Shown: positions 55,305 through 64,000 of the stretch, piece after piece
How the letters are laid out: every line of letters begins with the position of its first letter
Numbering within the stretch: position 1 is the first letter of the stretch
Source of the DNA: an uncultured Chloroflexia bacterium
GTDB lineage: Bacteria > Chloroflexota > Chloroflexia > QHBQ01 > JADMIH01
Length of the DNA: 64,000 nt
Assembly (NCBI GenBank): GCA_963797095.1
Contig: CAWCNY010000003.1
Location: 128,001 to 192,000, forward strand
Reading direction: 5' to 3'
Notes under the pieces: model-generated
Databases searched by the model: none
Told to the model about the DNA's origin: nothing
Seen by the model: the letters and a program-made list of their open reading frames with translations, nothing else
Position numbers and translations under genes: made by a program

Positions 55305-57227
55305 ATGGCACACGTATTAGGCATAGACCTCGGCACCACCAACTCGGTCATGTCAGTGATCGAGGGTGGCGAGCCGACCGTCATACCAAACGCTGAGGGA
55401 GCGCGCCTGACGCCCTCTGTGGTGGCAATCTCGAAGTCGGGCGAGAGGCTGGTGGGGCAGGTCGCCAAGCGGCAGGCCATCACCAACCCTGAGAACACGA
55501 TCTTCTCGATCAAGCGCTTCATGGGACGCAAGTTCAACGACCCTGAGGTGCAGCGCGATACCAAGCTTGTTCCATACCGGGTGTCAGAGGCCGCCAACGG
55601 CGACCTGCAGGTGTGGATGGGCGGCAAGGCGTTCTCGCCACCGGAGGTATCGGCGATGATCCTTCAGAAGCTGAAGACAGACGCCGAGGCTTACCTGGGC
55701 GAGAGGATCACACAGGCAGTGATCACAGTCCCTGCCTACTTCAACGACACCCAGAGGCAGGCCACCAAGGATGCGGGCAAGATCGCGGGCCTTGAGGTGC
55801 TCCGTATCATCAACGAGCCTACCGCATCGGCGCTCGCCTATGGCCTCGACAAGAAGACCGAGGAAGAGATTGCAGTGTATGACCTGGGCGGCGGCACATA
55901 CGATATCTCTGTGCTGTCTCTGTCCGAGGGAGTGTTCGAGGTGAACGCCACCAACGGCGATACCCACCTGGGCGGCGACGACTTCGACCAGAGGATCATC
56001 GACTGGCTGGCCGACGAGTTCAAGCGCGACCAGGGGATCGACCTCAGAGGCGACCGCATGGCCCTCCAGAGGCTCAAGGAGGCGGCTGAGAAGGCCAAGA
56101 TCGAGCTTTCAACCACCCAGAGCACCGAGGTCAACCTGCCGTTCATCACCGCCGACGCCGAGGGGCCGAAGCACATGAACATCACCCTCACCCGCTCCAA
56201 GCTGGAGCAGTTGGTGGGCGATCTGATCGACAAGACCATCCCGCCGATGAAGAGCGCCCTTTCCGATGCCAAGATGACCCCGTCGAACATCGACGAGGTG
56301 CTGCTGGTGGGCGGCCAGACGAGAATGCCCGCCGTGCAGAAGAAGGTACAGGACTTCTTCGGGAAGGAGCCTCACAAGGGCATCAACCCCGACGAGGTGG
56401 TGGCGGTGGGAGCCGCGATCCAGGCAGGCGTGTTGCAGGGCTCTGTGAAGGACGTGCTGCTCCTCGACGTGACCCCTCTGACGCTCGGTTTGGAGACTCT
56501 GGGCGGGGTGGCGACACCGCTGATCCAGCGCAACACCACCATCCCGACCAAGAAGAGCCAGGTCTTCTCCACCGCATCGGACAACCAGCCGAGTGTTGAG
56601 ATCCATGTGCTCCAGGGCGAGCGCCCTATGGCAAACGAGAACAAGAGCCTCGGACGCTTCATCCTCGATGGTATCCCGCCCGCACCGCGTGGCGTGCCCC
56701 AGGTTGAGGTGACGTTCGATATCGACGCCAACGGCATCCTCTCTGTGAGCGCCAAGGATATGGCGACCCAGAAGGAGCAGAAGATCACCATCACCGCATC
56801 GTCGGGCCTGTCTAAGGACGAGGTCGAGCGGATGGTGAGGGAGGCCGAGTCGCACGCGGAAGAGGACAAGAAGCGCCGCGACCTGATCGAGTCGCGCAAC
56901 ATCGCCGACAGCATGGCATACCAGGCTGAGAAGACGCTGCGCGAGCTTGGCGAGCAGGTGCCCGCCGACATCAAGACCGAGGTCGAGGGGAAGGTGAGCG
57001 AGGTGCGCGAGGCTCTGAACACCGAGGACGTGGACCGAATCAAGCGCTCTAGCGAAGAGTTGAGTGCATCGCTCCAGAAGATCGGGCAGGCCATGTACGC
57101 ACAGCAGCAGGCCAACGCAGGCACGCGAGGACCCGACACCGAGGGCGCGACCGGCAACGGCGCATCGGAGCCGGGCGCCGATAAGGCCGAGGAAGGCACC
57201 GTCGAGGGCGAGTTCCGCGAGGTGTAA
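55305..57227 (+). CDS. dnaK: Chaperone DnaK
   Basis: [17 protein letters not shown] and DLGGGT motifs. Confidence 0.99.
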   Translation: MAHVLGIDLGTTNSVMSVIEGGEPTVIPNAEGARLTPSVVAISKSGERLVGQVAKRQAITNPENTIFSIKRFMGRKFNDPEVQRDTKLVPYRVSEAANGDLQVWMGGKAFSPPEVSAMILQKLKTDAEAYLGERITQAVITVPAYFNDTQRQATKDAGKIAGLEVLRIINEPTASALAYGLDKKTEEEIAVYDLGGGTYDISVLSLSEGVFEVNATNGDTHLGGDDFDQRIIDWLADEFKRDQGIDLRGDRMALQRLKEAAEKAKIELSTTQSTEVNLPFITADAEGPKHMNITLTRSKLEQLVGDLIDKTIPPMKSALSDAKMTPSNIDEVLLVGGQTRMPAVQKKVQDFFGKEPHKGINPDEVVAVGAAIQAGVLQGSVKDVLLLDVTPLTLGLETLGGVATPLIQRNTTIPTKKSQVFSTASDNQPSVEIHVLQGERPMANENKSLGRFILDGIPPAPRGVPQVEVTFDIDANGILSVSAKDMATQKEQKITITASSGLSKDEVERMVREAESHAEEDKKRRDLIESRNIADSMAYQAEKTLRELGEQVPADIKTEVEGKVSEVREALNTEDVDRIKRSSEELSASLQKIGQAMYAQQQANAGTRGPDTEGATGNGASEPGADKAEEGTVEGEFREV

Positions 57228-57249
57228 TCGGACCTGAAGTGAAAATCGA

Positions 57250-57284
57250 AGACTGAGGATCGGGATTGGCTCGGTCCTCAGTCT
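57250..57284. terminator. Hairpin between convergent dnaK and peptidase genes
   Basis: AGACTGAGGATCGGG-ATTGG-CTCGGTCCTCAGTCT. Confidence 0.6.
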
Positions 57285-57290
57285 CGCATT

Positions 57291-58808
57291 TCAGGAGGTA
57301 GTTGGACGCGAGGGCGTGCTGGCTCTGTAGTGGGCAAAGAGGCGATGCAACCCGGCCACAAGTGAGAGCGTGGACAGCAAGAACAATCCCGTAGCCAGGT
57401 CTTTGCGGTCGATGGTCGCCATCGAGGCGGAAGGGTTCACATGAACTGATTGCGAAGCGTTGAGGGCCATTTCTTCGGCCTTGTAAAACGCAATTGCGCT
57501 TTCGGATTCGGGGGTAGATGTAGGAATGGGCTGGCCACCTGCGGAGTTGGCACCAATAGAACCTTCTGTTGGAGTTGTAGGGGTAAAAGTGGCGGGCACC
57601 GTGGCCGTAACTGTGGATACGGACGTGGCGGTTGTGAGCGGAGTATTCGTCGAGGTGGCTGTAGGCTCGGCGGTGAACGTGGGTGTTGCCGGCGGCGGGT
57701 AGGTGCCTATCACTTCGAGGGCCGTGTGGGCGCGCATGCACCGCCATGGATAACTGACCGCCTTGCCGCTCGTCGAGCCGTAGCCGTAGGCGAAGCGGTT
57801 GCCGTAGGGATCGTTGACGATTAGCTGATTGTTGGCGGTGTAGCCGATGGCGACCAGGATGTGGCCTTCCGCAGTGAGGTCGTTGCCGATCAGGACAGGG
57901 TGAGCGCGTTTGAGGGCTGCCACTATAGATTGGAAGCTGAGCGGTAGAGATTGGCTGGAGAGGCCATGCCATTCCAGCACTCGCCTGATCAGGCCCCAAT
58001 CAGCGAGACCGGTGGGGCAGATAGTACCGTATAAGCCCGCGACCTTCTTGCCCAGGGGGTCGTTGGCGGTAGCGCTGTAGGTGTGTTCGTTGTTGGTGTA
58101 AGCCTGGGTGACATAAGGAGCGTACTCGGAGCCGTCAGTGGGGCTATTGCCCTGGTTGGCTGTCGCGCCGGGCCAGGGCTGTAGCTTGCCGTAATAGCCG
58201 AGGATCATAGCAACGCTGGTAGGGCCGCAAGCCCAGTTGCCGTCCGCATTGTCGATGTCGTTGACCTGGTGGATGTAGGGCACGTCAAGGGTAAGCACAG
58301 GCTTGCCAGGCTTGACATAGCAGTCGGCGGACGGGGGCTGCCAGGCAGGGGTTTGGGTAAGCGTGGCAGTTGCGCTAGGGGTCGAAGTAGGACTCGTCGT
58401 GTAAGTTGGTATAGAGGTTGATGTGGGGGTAGGAGTTGATGTGACCGTCGAAGTAGAAGCTGCTGGAAGAGGCGTTGAGGCCACGGAAGGCAGTTGCGGC
58501 GTAGGAGTTTCAGTGTCGGTAGGGGCCGGAGGCTGCGTGGGGGGAATGGCAGCGTCATAGGTTGGCTCGGCTGGCGGCTGAGAGGGGGCAGCCGGAGTCG
58601 GGGAAGGCACGCCTGGCACGATCGAGGGGATTGAGATCCAACTGGTGGTGGGCTCGGCGGGAACAACAGACGTGGAATCGGCTTCCGGTTCACCGGCAAA
58701 GGCCGGAGAAGCAAACACACACGTAATAAAGATCAGAGCGCAAAGAGCTACCAGAGAATAGAGCAGGCGCACCCTGATGAGAGCGGTGGAGGAATGGCGA
58801 GGGTACAT
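57291..58808 (-). CDS. Exported C39-like cysteine peptidase with Pro/Thr-rich linkers and C-terminal TM
   Basis: Signal peptide ending PAFA; LDVPYIHQ, ACGPTSVAM (Cys), GHILV (His) and VNDPYG (Asp). Start uncertain. Confidence 0.82.
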   Translation of the reverse strand: MYPRHSSTALIRVRLLYSLVALCALIFITCVFASPAFAGEPEADSTSVVPAEPTTSWISIPSIVPGVPSPTPAAPSQPPAEPTYDAAIPPTQPPAPTDTETPTPQLPSVASTPLPAASTSTVTSTPTPTSTSIPTYTTSPTSTPSATATLTQTPAWQPPSADCYVKPGKPVLTLDVPYIHQVNDIDNADGNWACGPTSVAMILGYYGKLQPWPGATANQGNSPTDGSEYAPYVTQAYTNNEHTYSATANDPLGKKVAGLYGTICPTGLADWGLIRRVLEWHGLSSQSLPLSFQSIVAALKRAHPVLIGNDLTAEGHILVAIGYTANNQLIVNDPYGNRFAYGYGSTSGKAVSYPWRCMRAHTALEVIGTYPPPATPTFTAEPTATSTNTPLTTATSVSTVTATVPATFTPTTPTEGSIGANSAGGQPIPTSTPESESAIAFYKAEEMALNASQSVHVNPSASMATIDRKDLATGLFLLSTLSLVAGLHRLFAHYRASTPSRPTTS

Positions 58809-58934
58809 TATAGGCTGATTATGAAGGGGAAAGAGGCAGAGCGGTATCACATAAAGAGGGGGTAGGGCGTAGCCAGATGGTCATAGGACCGGCGAGGGAG
58901 AATAGTAGTATCTTTGTTGTGGGTGAAGGATGTC

Positions 58935-58963
58935 TCGAAAAGCCGTCTTCAAACGTATATAAT
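58935..58963 (+). promoter_or_regulatory. Candidate promoter for uma2-dnaJ
   Basis: TCGAAA-17 bp-TATAAT. Confidence 0.45.
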
Positions 58964-58982
58964 GGTCAAGAGCGAAAGGCAA

Positions 58983-59543
58983 ATGGTTATGGAGGTGCGC
59001 ACGCCTGCTACAATTGAAGACCTCTACCGAGTCGAGGGGAAAGCCGAGCTTGTTGATGCGGAGATCAAATCTTTGTCGCCTACCGGATATTGGCCCGCTC
59101 GTGCGGGAGCACGCGTCCTCGTGAGCCTGCTCCAATACGAAGAGGTCAGCCGGTACGGTCGAGCTTTGCCGGACAATACAGGCTTCGTGGTCAACCTCCC
59201 ACGGCGCAAATCTTTGAGTCCGGATGTGGCCTTCTTTACTGGCAAGGTTCCAGAGGACTCAAACCTCAAGTTCCTGGAAGGCGCACCCATTTTTGCCGTG
59301 GAAGTACGAAGTGAAAGTGATTATGGCTCAAAGGCAGAGCGCGAAATCGCCGCCAGGCGGGCCGATTATTTCGCGGCAGGCCCACAGGTGGTGTGGGACG
59401 TGGACCTGTTGGGCGAAGATGTTGTACGAGTGTACAGCGCCGCCAACCCTGATAGGCCGAGGATCTACCGCAAAGGCGAGATGGCGGAGGCCGAGCCTGC
59501 GCTGCCGGGCTGGACGATGCCGGTTGACGATTTGTTTCGATAA
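58983..59543 (+). CDS. Uma2 (DUF820) family endonuclease
   Basis: KAELVD, SPDVAF, AVEVRS, YFAAG and LPGW motifs. Confidence 0.88.
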   Translation: MVMEVRTPATIEDLYRVEGKAELVDAEIKSLSPTGYWPARAGARVLVSLLQYEEVSRYGRALPDNTGFVVNLPRRKSLSPDVAFFTGKVPEDSNLKFLEGAPIFAVEVRSESDYGSKAEREIAARRADYFAAGPQVVWDVDLLGEDVVRVYSAANPDRPRIYRKGEMAEAEPALPGWTMPVDDLFR

Positions 59544-59576
59544 TACGTGAATACATAGAGGAAGTATAAAAGAGAG

Positions 59577-60725
59577 ATGGCAACAGCAAAACGCGATTAT
59601 TATGAGGTGCTAGGGCTTAACCGGAGCGCCACCACAGACGATATCAAGAGGGCGTTCAGGCAGAAGGCCCGCCAGTTCCACCCGGACGTGAATAAAGAGG
59701 ACGGGGCCGAAGCTCAGTTCAAGGAGATCAGCGAGGCTTACGAGGTGCTGATCGACGACGACAAACGGGCGGCTTACGACAGGTTCGGGCACGCGGCGGT
59801 GTCGGGTGCCGGCGCGGGAGGGGCCGGGTTCGATCCCTTCCAGGGGTTCGGTTCGTTCTCCGACATCTTCGAGACCTTCTTTACGGCTGCGGCATCGGGG
59901 GGGACAACAGGAACGAGGCCGCGCAGGCCCCAGAGGGGTTCGCACCTGGCCTACCGCCTGACGATAGACTTCGAGGAGGCGATATTCGGCGCTGAGAAGG
60001 AGATCGAGGTGCCGAGGTTGGCGACCTGTCCCAAGTGCCATGGGAGTGGCGCGGAGCCAGGCACTGATACGACGGTGTGCCCTCAGTGCAACGGGCGTGG
60101 AGAGCTCAGGCGCGCCCAGCAGAGCATATTCGGGCAGTTCGTGTCGGTGGTGCCGTGCGATAGATGCGGCGGCGAAGGTAAGATCGTAGCCACACCATGC
60201 ACCGAGTGCAAGGGAGAGGGACGTATCAAAGAGACGCGCAAGCTGGCGGTGAAGATCCCGGCGGGCGTTGACGACGGCGCGCAGATACGGCTATCGGGCG
60301 AAGGAGAGGCGGGGCCACGCGGTGCCGCTCCCGGAGACCTCTATATCGAGATCAATGTGAAGCCGCACAGGCTGTTCAGGCGCGATGGCAACGACCTGCT
60401 GCTCGACCTGAACGTGAATATGGCGCAGGCGGCGCTTGGAGCTGAGATCCAGGTGCCTACTGTGGACGGCGATACGGCCACCGTGAAGGTAGTGGCAGGC
60501 ACGCAGAGCGGCAAGACAGTGCGCGTGAAGGGTTTCGGCGTGCCTTACCTGCGCGGGTCGGGGCGCGGCGATATGATGGTGAAGGTGAACGTGCAGATAC
60601 CGACAAACCTGAACGAAGAGCAAAAGCGCTTGTTGCGAGAGCTAGGCAAAACGTTCGGAGAAGCAACGCCTGAGCCTCAGGAGAAGGGTTTCCTGGGCAA
60701 GATTCGTGACGCATTAGGTGGATAA
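59577..60725 (+). CDS. dnaJ: Chaperone DnaJ
   Basis: J domain with HPD, G/F region and four CxxCxGxG repeats. Confidence 0.99.
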   Translation: MATAKRDYYEVLGLNRSATTDDIKRAFRQKARQFHPDVNKEDGAEAQFKEISEAYEVLIDDDKRAAYDRFGHAAVSGAGAGGAGFDPFQGFGSFSDIFETFFTAAASGGTTGTRPRRPQRGSHLAYRLTIDFEEAIFGAEKEIEVPRLATCPKCHGSGAEPGTDTTVCPQCNGRGELRRAQQSIFGQFVSVVPCDRCGGEGKIVATPCTECKGEGRIKETRKLAVKIPAGVDDGAQIRLSGEGEAGPRGAAPGDLYIEINVKPHRLFRRDGNDLLLDLNVNMAQAALGAEIQVPTVDGDTATVKVVAGTQSGKTVRVKGFGVPYLRGSGRGDMMVKVNVQIPTNLNEEQKRLLRELGKTFGEATPEPQEKGFLGKIRDALGG

Positions 60726-60730
60726 AAAGG

Positions 60731-61111
60731 ATGAGAACATTCATCTTACGTTGGGCTGTGATAGTAATTGCCGTCTTCCTGGTGGCCTGGGGCCTGCCGC
60801 AGACCGGCATCTTCGGCGACACGCAATTCGTGAACTACGGCGATGATTGGGTAACCCTCGCCATCTTTTCGGGAGTGCTGGCGCTACTTAATACGTTCGT
60901 GAAGCCGATCCTGGTCATCCTGTCCATACCGTTTACTTGCCTGACAGCGGGACTGTTCCTGATCGTGATCAACGCGGCACTTTTCGGGCTAGCCGCCTGG
61001 CTGGTCCCAACCGTTTCTGTGTCGGGTTTCTGGGGCGCGGTAGTAGGAGCGATAGCGGTCAGCCTTGTAGGCATCGCGGTAAACGTGCTTACGGGAGAGA
61101 AGTTAGCGTAG
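60731..61111 (+). CDS. YvlD-like 4-TM membrane protein (phage holin family 4)
   Basis: LLNTFVKPIL..P..LTAGLF..INA..SGFWGA. Confidence 0.85.
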   Translation: MRTFILRWAVIVIAVFLVAWGLPQTGIFGDTQFVNYGDDWVTLAIFSGVLALLNTFVKPILVILSIPFTCLTAGLFLIVINAALFGLAAWLVPTVSVSGFWGAVVGAIAVSLVGIAVNVLTGEKLA

Positions 61112-61193
61112 CCGGTAGCCGGTAGCCGGTAGCCGGTAGCCGGTAGCCGGTAGTCAGAAACCAGGAACCAGGAACTTTCGACTACCGGCTACC
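61108..61193. repeat. Heptamer hairpin element (GTAGCCG)6 ... GACTACCGGCTACC
   Basis: Six perfect units starting in the stop codon, a CCAGGAA spacer and an inverted arm. Confidence 0.88.
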
Positions 61194-61207
61194 AGGAACA
61201 AACAACT

Positions 61208-61429
61208 ATGGATAACACCATTGAGCCTATAAAGGTGGACTCGATCCCAGAGGAATACGACTACATCGCGTCGCTGCCGTGTGACAGGTGCGGAGGGCGG
61301 TACCGGGCTATCAAGCAGGCTCTGCTGATAAAGGGGGAGTCTGCTTCGGATGCTATTGATATCGTTTGCCAGACCTGCGGGCAGGAAAAGCAAGTCCTGT
61401 TCGACATTTCCTCTTTCTACTGGAAGTAG
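61208..61429 (+). CDS. Small Zn-ribbon-like protein
   Basis: CDRC and CQTC; fills the gap in a co-oriented gene run. Confidence 0.65.
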   Translation: MDNTIEPIKVDSIPEEYDYIASLPCDRCGGRYRAIKQALLIKGESASDAIDIVCQTCGQEKQVLFDISSFYWK

Positions 61430-61436
61430 ACGGGAT

Positions 61437-62006
61437 ATGTCTAGCCCCTTTGACCGTGACCGGCAAGATCCCCACGCGCTGATCCCTTTCGATGAGGCGC
61501 TGCTTGATATGGCGGCGGAGATGGGGCGCAAGTCGGAGCGGCACAGGCACATAATCCGGTTGCATGAGCTGAACGAGCCGTTCCAGAGGATGCTCAACGC
61601 CATCGAGCCGGAGAGCTATGCACGTCCTCATCGCCACCTTGACCCAGACAAGCCTGAGGTATTCATCGCTCTCAGGGGCAGCGCCCTTATAGTGCGGTTC
61701 GGTGATGCCGGCGAGCCTCTTGAGGGGGTTGTAGTGGAGGCCGGCGGGCCGGTTCGTGGGATAGAGATCCCGCCGGGGGCATGGCATTGCCTGGTGTCGC
61801 TGGAAAGCGGTACGGTGTTGTTCGAGGCGAAAGAGGGTCCCTATGTACAGGCCACCGACAAAGATTTCGCAGCCTGGGCACCACCTGAGAGCGACTCTGA
61901 GGGGGGCCAGCACTTTATCGCAAACTTGCGCGACCACTTCGCATCGATATTTCCACAGGTCGCCGCTCGTGAGATCATCGAAGCGGAAGAGGACGAGATA
62001 TTGTGA
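61437..62006 (+). CDS. WbuC-like cupin fold metalloprotein
   Basis: QRMLNAIEPESYARPHRH, IPPGAWH and FEAKEGPY motifs. Confidence 0.85.
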   Translation: MSSPFDRDRQDPHALIPFDEALLDMAAEMGRKSERHRHIIRLHELNEPFQRMLNAIEPESYARPHRHLDPDKPEVFIALRGSALIVRFGDAGEPLEGVVVEAGGPVRGIEIPPGAWHCLVSLESGTVLFEAKEGPYVQATDKDFAAWAPPESDSEGGQHFIANLRDHFASIFPQVAAREIIEAEEDEIL

Positions 62007-62066
62007 TGGCTGTACGGTGGTGGCTGTGTAGTAGCGGGCGATCTGTTACAAACTTCGAGGTATCGC

Positions 62067-62594
62067 ATGAAAGAGCCAAATTGGTTTGAGAGGATTTTCG
62101 ATTTCAGCTTCCCGGGGGAGTATTTCCCTTATGTGGTGGAGCGGGTGCGGGGCACTCCTGCCCGTTTGGAGGAGCTGGTGGCGGGGATCGACCCTGCTGT
62201 CCTGACCGTCAGACCCGACGGTGAAGAGTGGTCCATACAGGAGCATGCAGGCCACCTGCTCGACCTGGAAGAACTGCACGTGGGGAGGCTGGACGACTTC
62301 GCAGCCGAATCTGACACTTTACGCGCCGCCGATGTGACCAACCGCAAGACCTACGAGGCGAACCACAACGCAGGCTCAATAAAGGACATATTGCAGGCGT
62401 TCAGGGCCACCCGCAAAGAGTTCGTAGCCAGGATCGAGGAGCTAGACGAAGCAGCCGTACAGAAGTCGGCGCTCCACCCCAGATTGAATGTGCCGATGCG
62501 CATGGCGGACCTCGTCTATTTCACGGCGGAGCACGATGATCACCACCTGGCAAGCATCACGATCGTGGCACGCGAATTGAAGGGAAGGAAATAG
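62067..62594 (+). CDS. DinB/YfiT family protein
   Basis: WSIQEHAGHL, ALHPRL and EHDDHH motifs. Confidence 0.88.
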   Translation: MKEPNWFERIFDFSFPGEYFPYVVERVRGTPARLEELVAGIDPAVLTVRPDGEEWSIQEHAGHLLDLEELHVGRLDDFAAESDTLRAADVTNRKTYEANHNAGSIKDILQAFRATRKEFVARIEELDEAAVQKSALHPRLNVPMRMADLVYFTAEHDDHHLASITIVARELKGRK

Positions 62595-62599
62595 CTCGG

Positions 62600-63394
62600 C
62601 TATTGGCCGAATATCAGCAGCGAGCGATTCCGATCAAGAGCATCGATATCGCGTCTATAGAGGGCAAGATGGCCCTCATCGATCATCCTCTGGAAGGCGG
62701 TGTCACCCCCATTGGCCCGGTCTTCCATGAGCGCGCAGTGATATTCCAGCCTGGACAGGACGGTGTCAATCAGAGCCGCGCGGTCGTGCTTATCCAGGCC
62801 GTAGCCGTCGCCCAAGACGCGCAGGCGCATACTACGCACCGCAGGCTCGGCAAGGCGCGGGCGGTTTGCCACGATGTCAGGCTCCCAAGAGAGCGGAATG
62901 AAGCGGTAGGCGGCGTAAGCCACGTCCCAGATGCGCGGGCCAGGCCCGGCAAAATCCCAATCAATGAGCGCCTTCGGCTTTTCCCTGCGGAAAACGACAT
63001 TATAGGGCGCGAAGTCGTTGTGGCAAATTACCTCGTGGCGCTTGGGATCGGGATAGACAGACTGCCAGACGGCATCCGGCGGTGGAACATAATCTATAGT
63101 GGTGTCGTGGAAGCGGCGCAAGAAGCGCGCTGCTCCTACCAGGGTTGGGCCTGACCACATGTAGTCGGCAAGCGGGTAGTGACCTACCTCACCATCAATA
63201 TAGGCGAGGACCTCGCGGCCTTGCTCGTCAAAGCCGAGCGGACGGGGCACACCGAGGAAGCGATGGGAGCGAAGATAGCGCAAGAGGTGATGGATCGTTG
63301 GGGTCCACGGACCTGGCATGCGGCGCACGGTATCGCCCACGCGAACCACGGTGGAGACATTGCCCCCTGAGAGCGGGATCTCCTGATCTGACAT
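62600..63394 (-). CDS. Aminoglycoside phosphotransferase family protein
   Basis: VVRVGDTVRR, CHNDFAPYN and LIDWD motifs. Confidence 0.85.
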   Translation of the reverse strand: MSDQEIPLSGGNVSTVVRVGDTVRRMPGPWTPTIHHLLRYLRSHRFLGVPRPLGFDEQGREVLAYIDGEVGHYPLADYMWSGPTLVGAARFLRRFHDTTIDYVPPPDAVWQSVYPDPKRHEVICHNDFAPYNVVFRREKPKALIDWDFAGPGPRIWDVAYAAYRFIPLSWEPDIVANRPRLAEPAVRSMRLRVLGDGYGLDKHDRAALIDTVLSRLEYHCALMEDRANGGDTAFQRMIDEGHLALYRRDIDALDRNRSLLIFGQ

Positions 63395-63395
63395 G

Positions 63396-64000
63396 CTAAT
63401 CTTCGTCGCCGACGATGGTGCTGTAAATTCGGCCCAATTCCTCGTCGGAGTAGAAGTAGATCACGAGCTTGCCGCCGCGACTGCTCTTCGATAGCTGGAC
63501 CCTCGTGCCAAGCGCGTTGCGAAAACGGTCTTCGAGGACGCGCTGCTCACTGTAGAGATCCTCAGCAGGTTGAGGGGCGCTATCTTTCCCATCATCGGGT
63601 TTGGCCTCGGCCAGACGACGGGCCAGGGCTTCCACCTGCCGCACATTGAGGCCGTCGGCAACGGTGCGCTCAAGAAGGCGAAGCATACGACCTTCATCGG
63701 ACACCTGCAAGAGAGCGCGGGCATGGCCCTCCTCAATCAGGCCAAGTGAGAGCGATTCCAGCACCTGGGGAGGCAGCTTCAGGAGGCGGAGCGAGTTGGT
63801 GACTGCCGTGCGGCTCTTGCCGACCGCGTCGGCCACCTCCTCCTGGGTGAGGCCGAAATCGTCAATGAGAGAGCGGTAGGCGAACGCCGCTTCCAGGGGG
63901 TTGAGGTCGGCACGCTGGAGGTTTTCGACGAGTGCGAGTTGAAGTTGCTCGCCGGAGGTGGCTTCTTTGACCACCACAGGCACGGTTTCAAGCTCGGCCA
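63396..64000 (-). CDS. parB: ParB/Spo0J partition protein (5' part outside window)
   Basis: ALVENLQRADLNPLE, VGKSR..N.LRLL and GHARALL motifs. Confidence 0.95.
   Translation of the reverse strand, partial: AELETVPVVVKEATSGEQLQLALVENLQRADLNPLEAAFAYRSLIDDFGLTQEEVADAVGKSRTAVTNSLRLLKLPPQVLESLSLGLIEEGHARALLQVSDEGRMLRLLERTVADGLNVRQVEALARRLAEAKPDDGKDSAPQPAEDLYSEQRVLEDRFRNALGTRVQLSKSSRGGKLVIYFYSDEELGRIYSTIVGDED

Noticed and set aside
60731-61111. Prophage suggested by the holin-family gene
   Set aside because: YvlD-like proteins are common chromosomal genes, and no phage genes are nearby.
62600-63394. Antibiotic resistance gene
   Set aside because: Only the general APH fold is supported; the substrate cannot be inferred.

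Overview
GC-rich bacterial chromosomal window, most consistent with Chloroflexota (class Chloroflexia-like). The basis is the Cys-looped SLH modules, Chloroflexi-type surface repeats and a type C-like RNase P RNA; the assignment is an inference. In order, the window holds: a truncated Tn3 transposase remnant; two exported cell-surface enzymes; a translationally coupled peptidase/MoxR/DUF58/vWA operon; a stable-RNA operon (orphan 5' tRNA fragment fused to a truncated HNH nuclease, tRNA-Gln, rnpB, tRNA-His); amylopullulanase, an SLH glycosidase, ybaK, maltokinase and glgE; a 143-bp MITE with an 8-bp target-site duplication; a LacI-regulated sugar island; and decayed gene fragments. Next is the best candidate for a new system, a 5-gene operon joining an ADP-ribose-sensing NrtR-type repressor and a nicotinamidase to a TerY-P-like PP2C/kinase/vWA triad. 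The window ends with the CIRCE-hrcA-grpE-dnaK operon (separated from dnaJ by two inserted genes) and small genes up to a partial parB. Intergenic DNA is full of 7-bp and 9-bp periodic repeats, often starting at stop codons. All calls come from reading motifs by eye; no database searches were run.
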